Assembly: GCA_036398875.1 (NCBI GenBank)
Contig: DASWOE010000217.1
Span: forward strand, 1 to 44,857
Length of the DNA stretch: 44,857 nucleotides
Reading direction: 5' to 3'
From: Rhizomicrobium sp.
GTDB lineage: Bacteria > Pseudomonadota > Alphaproteobacteria > Micropepsales > Micropepsaceae
In this document: positions 43,805 through 44,857 of the stretch, piece after piece
How positions within the stretch are numbered: position 1 is the stretch's first letter
Layout of the letters: every line of letters begins with the position of its first letter
Notes under the pieces: model-generated
Told to the model about the DNA's origin: nothing
Databases searched by the model: none
What the model saw: only the letters and a program-made list of their open reading frames with translations
Translations under genes and position numbers: made by a program

Positions 43805-44857
43805 TCAGATGTGATGGTGCACCAGTGCCGTGCCGGTGACCCGCTTCTCCAGCGTGCGCAGCAGGACATAGAACACCGGGGTCAGGAACAGGCCGAAGAA
43901 GGTCACGCCCAGCATGCCGAAGAACACCGCGATGCCCATGGCGTGGCGCATCTCGGCGCCGGCGCCGATCGACAACACCAGCGGGATGACGCCCATGATG
44001 AAGGCGAAGCTCGTCATCAGGATGGGACGCAGGCGCAGCCGGGCGGCCTCGATCGCCGCGGCGACCGTCGCGGCGCCGCGGATCTCGAGATCGCGCGCGA
44101 ACTCCACGATCAGGATCGCGTTCTTGCAGGCGAGCCCGATCAGCACGAAGAGACCGATCTGGGTGAAGATGTTGTTGTCGCCGCCGGTCAGCCACACGCC
44201 CGCAATGGCCGAGAACAGGCAGAGGGGCACGATCAGGATGATGGCGAGGGGGAGGAACAGGCTCTCATACTGCGCCGACAGCACCAGGAAGACGAGCAGG
44301 ACGCAAAGCGGGAAGACCAGCAGCGCCGTGTTGCCGGACAGGATCTGCTGATAGGTGAGATCGGTCCATTCGAACGTCATGCCCTTGGGCAGGGTCTGAT
44401 CGAGGATCTTCGTGATGGCGGCCTGGGCCTGGCCGGAGGAATAGCCGGGGGCGGGGCCGCCATTGAGGTCGGCGGACCGGAAGCCGTTATAACGCAGGGC
44501 GCTGTCCGGGCCGGTGGTTTCCGCGACCTCGATCACCGAACCCAGCGGCACCATCGCGCCGTCGGCGTTCTTCACCTGCAAGCGCAATATGTCGTCGGGC
44601 TTGGAGCGGAACTGGCTGTCGGCCTGGGCGATCACCTGGTAGGTGCGGCCGAACCGGTTGAAGTCGTTGACATAGATGGAGCCGAGATAGACCTGCATCG
44701 TGTCGAACACATCCTGCACCCCGACGCCGAGCTGCTGCGCCTTGGTGCGGTCGAGATGGGCATAAAGCTGCGGCACCCCGATATTGAAGTTGGAGAACAC
44801 GCCCGCCAGTTCCGGCGTCTTCCAGGCCTTCATCTGGACATCGGTCATCGCCTTGTT
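43805..44857 (-). CDS. RND efflux permease, HAE1/AcrB family (3' part; runs off window)
   Basis: GSIYVNDFNRFGR, GYSSGQA, LSAQYES, GLACKNAILIVEFA and RLRPILMTSFAF. Confidence 0.95.
   Translation of the reverse strand, partial: NKAMTDVQMKAWKTPELAGVFSNFNIGVPQLYAHLDRTKAQQLGVGVQDVFDTMQVYLGSIYVNDFNRFGRTYQVIAQADSQFRSKPDDILRLQVKNADGAMVPLGSVIEVAETTGPDSALRYNGFRSADLNGGPAPGYSSGQAQAAITKILDQTLPKGMTFEWTDLTYQQILSGNTALLVFPLCVLLVFLVLSAQYESLFLPLAIILIVPLCLFSAIAGVWLTGGDNNIFTQIGLFVLIGLACKNAILIVEFARDLEIRGAATVAAAIEAARLRLRPILMTSFAFIMGVIPLVLSIGAGAEMRHAMGIAVFFGMLGVTFFGLFLTPVFYVLLRTLEKRVTGTALVHHHI

Noticed and set aside
1-44857. CRISPR arrays, tRNA/rRNA, transposases, integrases, prophage genes
   Set aside because: No regularly spaced direct repeats, RNA-gene signatures or mobile-element protein motifs were seen by eye; tRNAscan/Infernal would be needed to exclude small RNAs.

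Overview
This is a high-GC, gene-dense window whose gene content (TonB-dependent receptor, HisKA_2 kinase, PimCD-like dehydrogenases) suggests an alphaproteobacterium; the taxon is an inference. It has four parts. (1) 0.2-8.4 kb: a PAS hybrid histidine kinase, then a DUF885 peptidase-like gene and a TauE/SafE permease, divergent from an M24 peptidase, a fold-type IV 'aminotransferase' and a sulfotransferase-like P-loop protein. The 'aminotransferase' appears to lack both the PLP Schiff-base Lys and the pyridine-binding Glu. (2) 8.5-40.9 kb: a large catabolic island with a P450, two luciferase-like monooxygenases, a flavin reductase, stand-alone ribB, a PTE-like lactonase, two alpha/beta hydrolases, two Zn-ADHs, two ALDHs, two SDRs, two ADP-forming CoA ligase systems, a paired acyl-CoA dehydrogenase, two crotonases, a PhyH dioxygenase, a thiolase, an MFS transporter and a TonB-dependent receptor. 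Seven copies of a 44-bp bipartite LysR-type operator (ATGA-N7-TCAT, 9 nt, then an A-tract half) can be read directly from the sequence and tie most of its operons into one regulon. An apparently IclR-controlled ribB-hydrolase-LLM-lactonase cassette is nested inside. (3) 41.0-43.8 kb: a sensor-less HisKA_2 kinase divergent from an orphan SLOG + tandem SLATT-like membrane protein, a candidate nucleotide-sensing defence effector. (4) The 3' part of an RND efflux permease. I saw no rRNA, tRNA, CRISPR array, transposase or integrase. All family calls come from motif recognition by eye, not from database searches.
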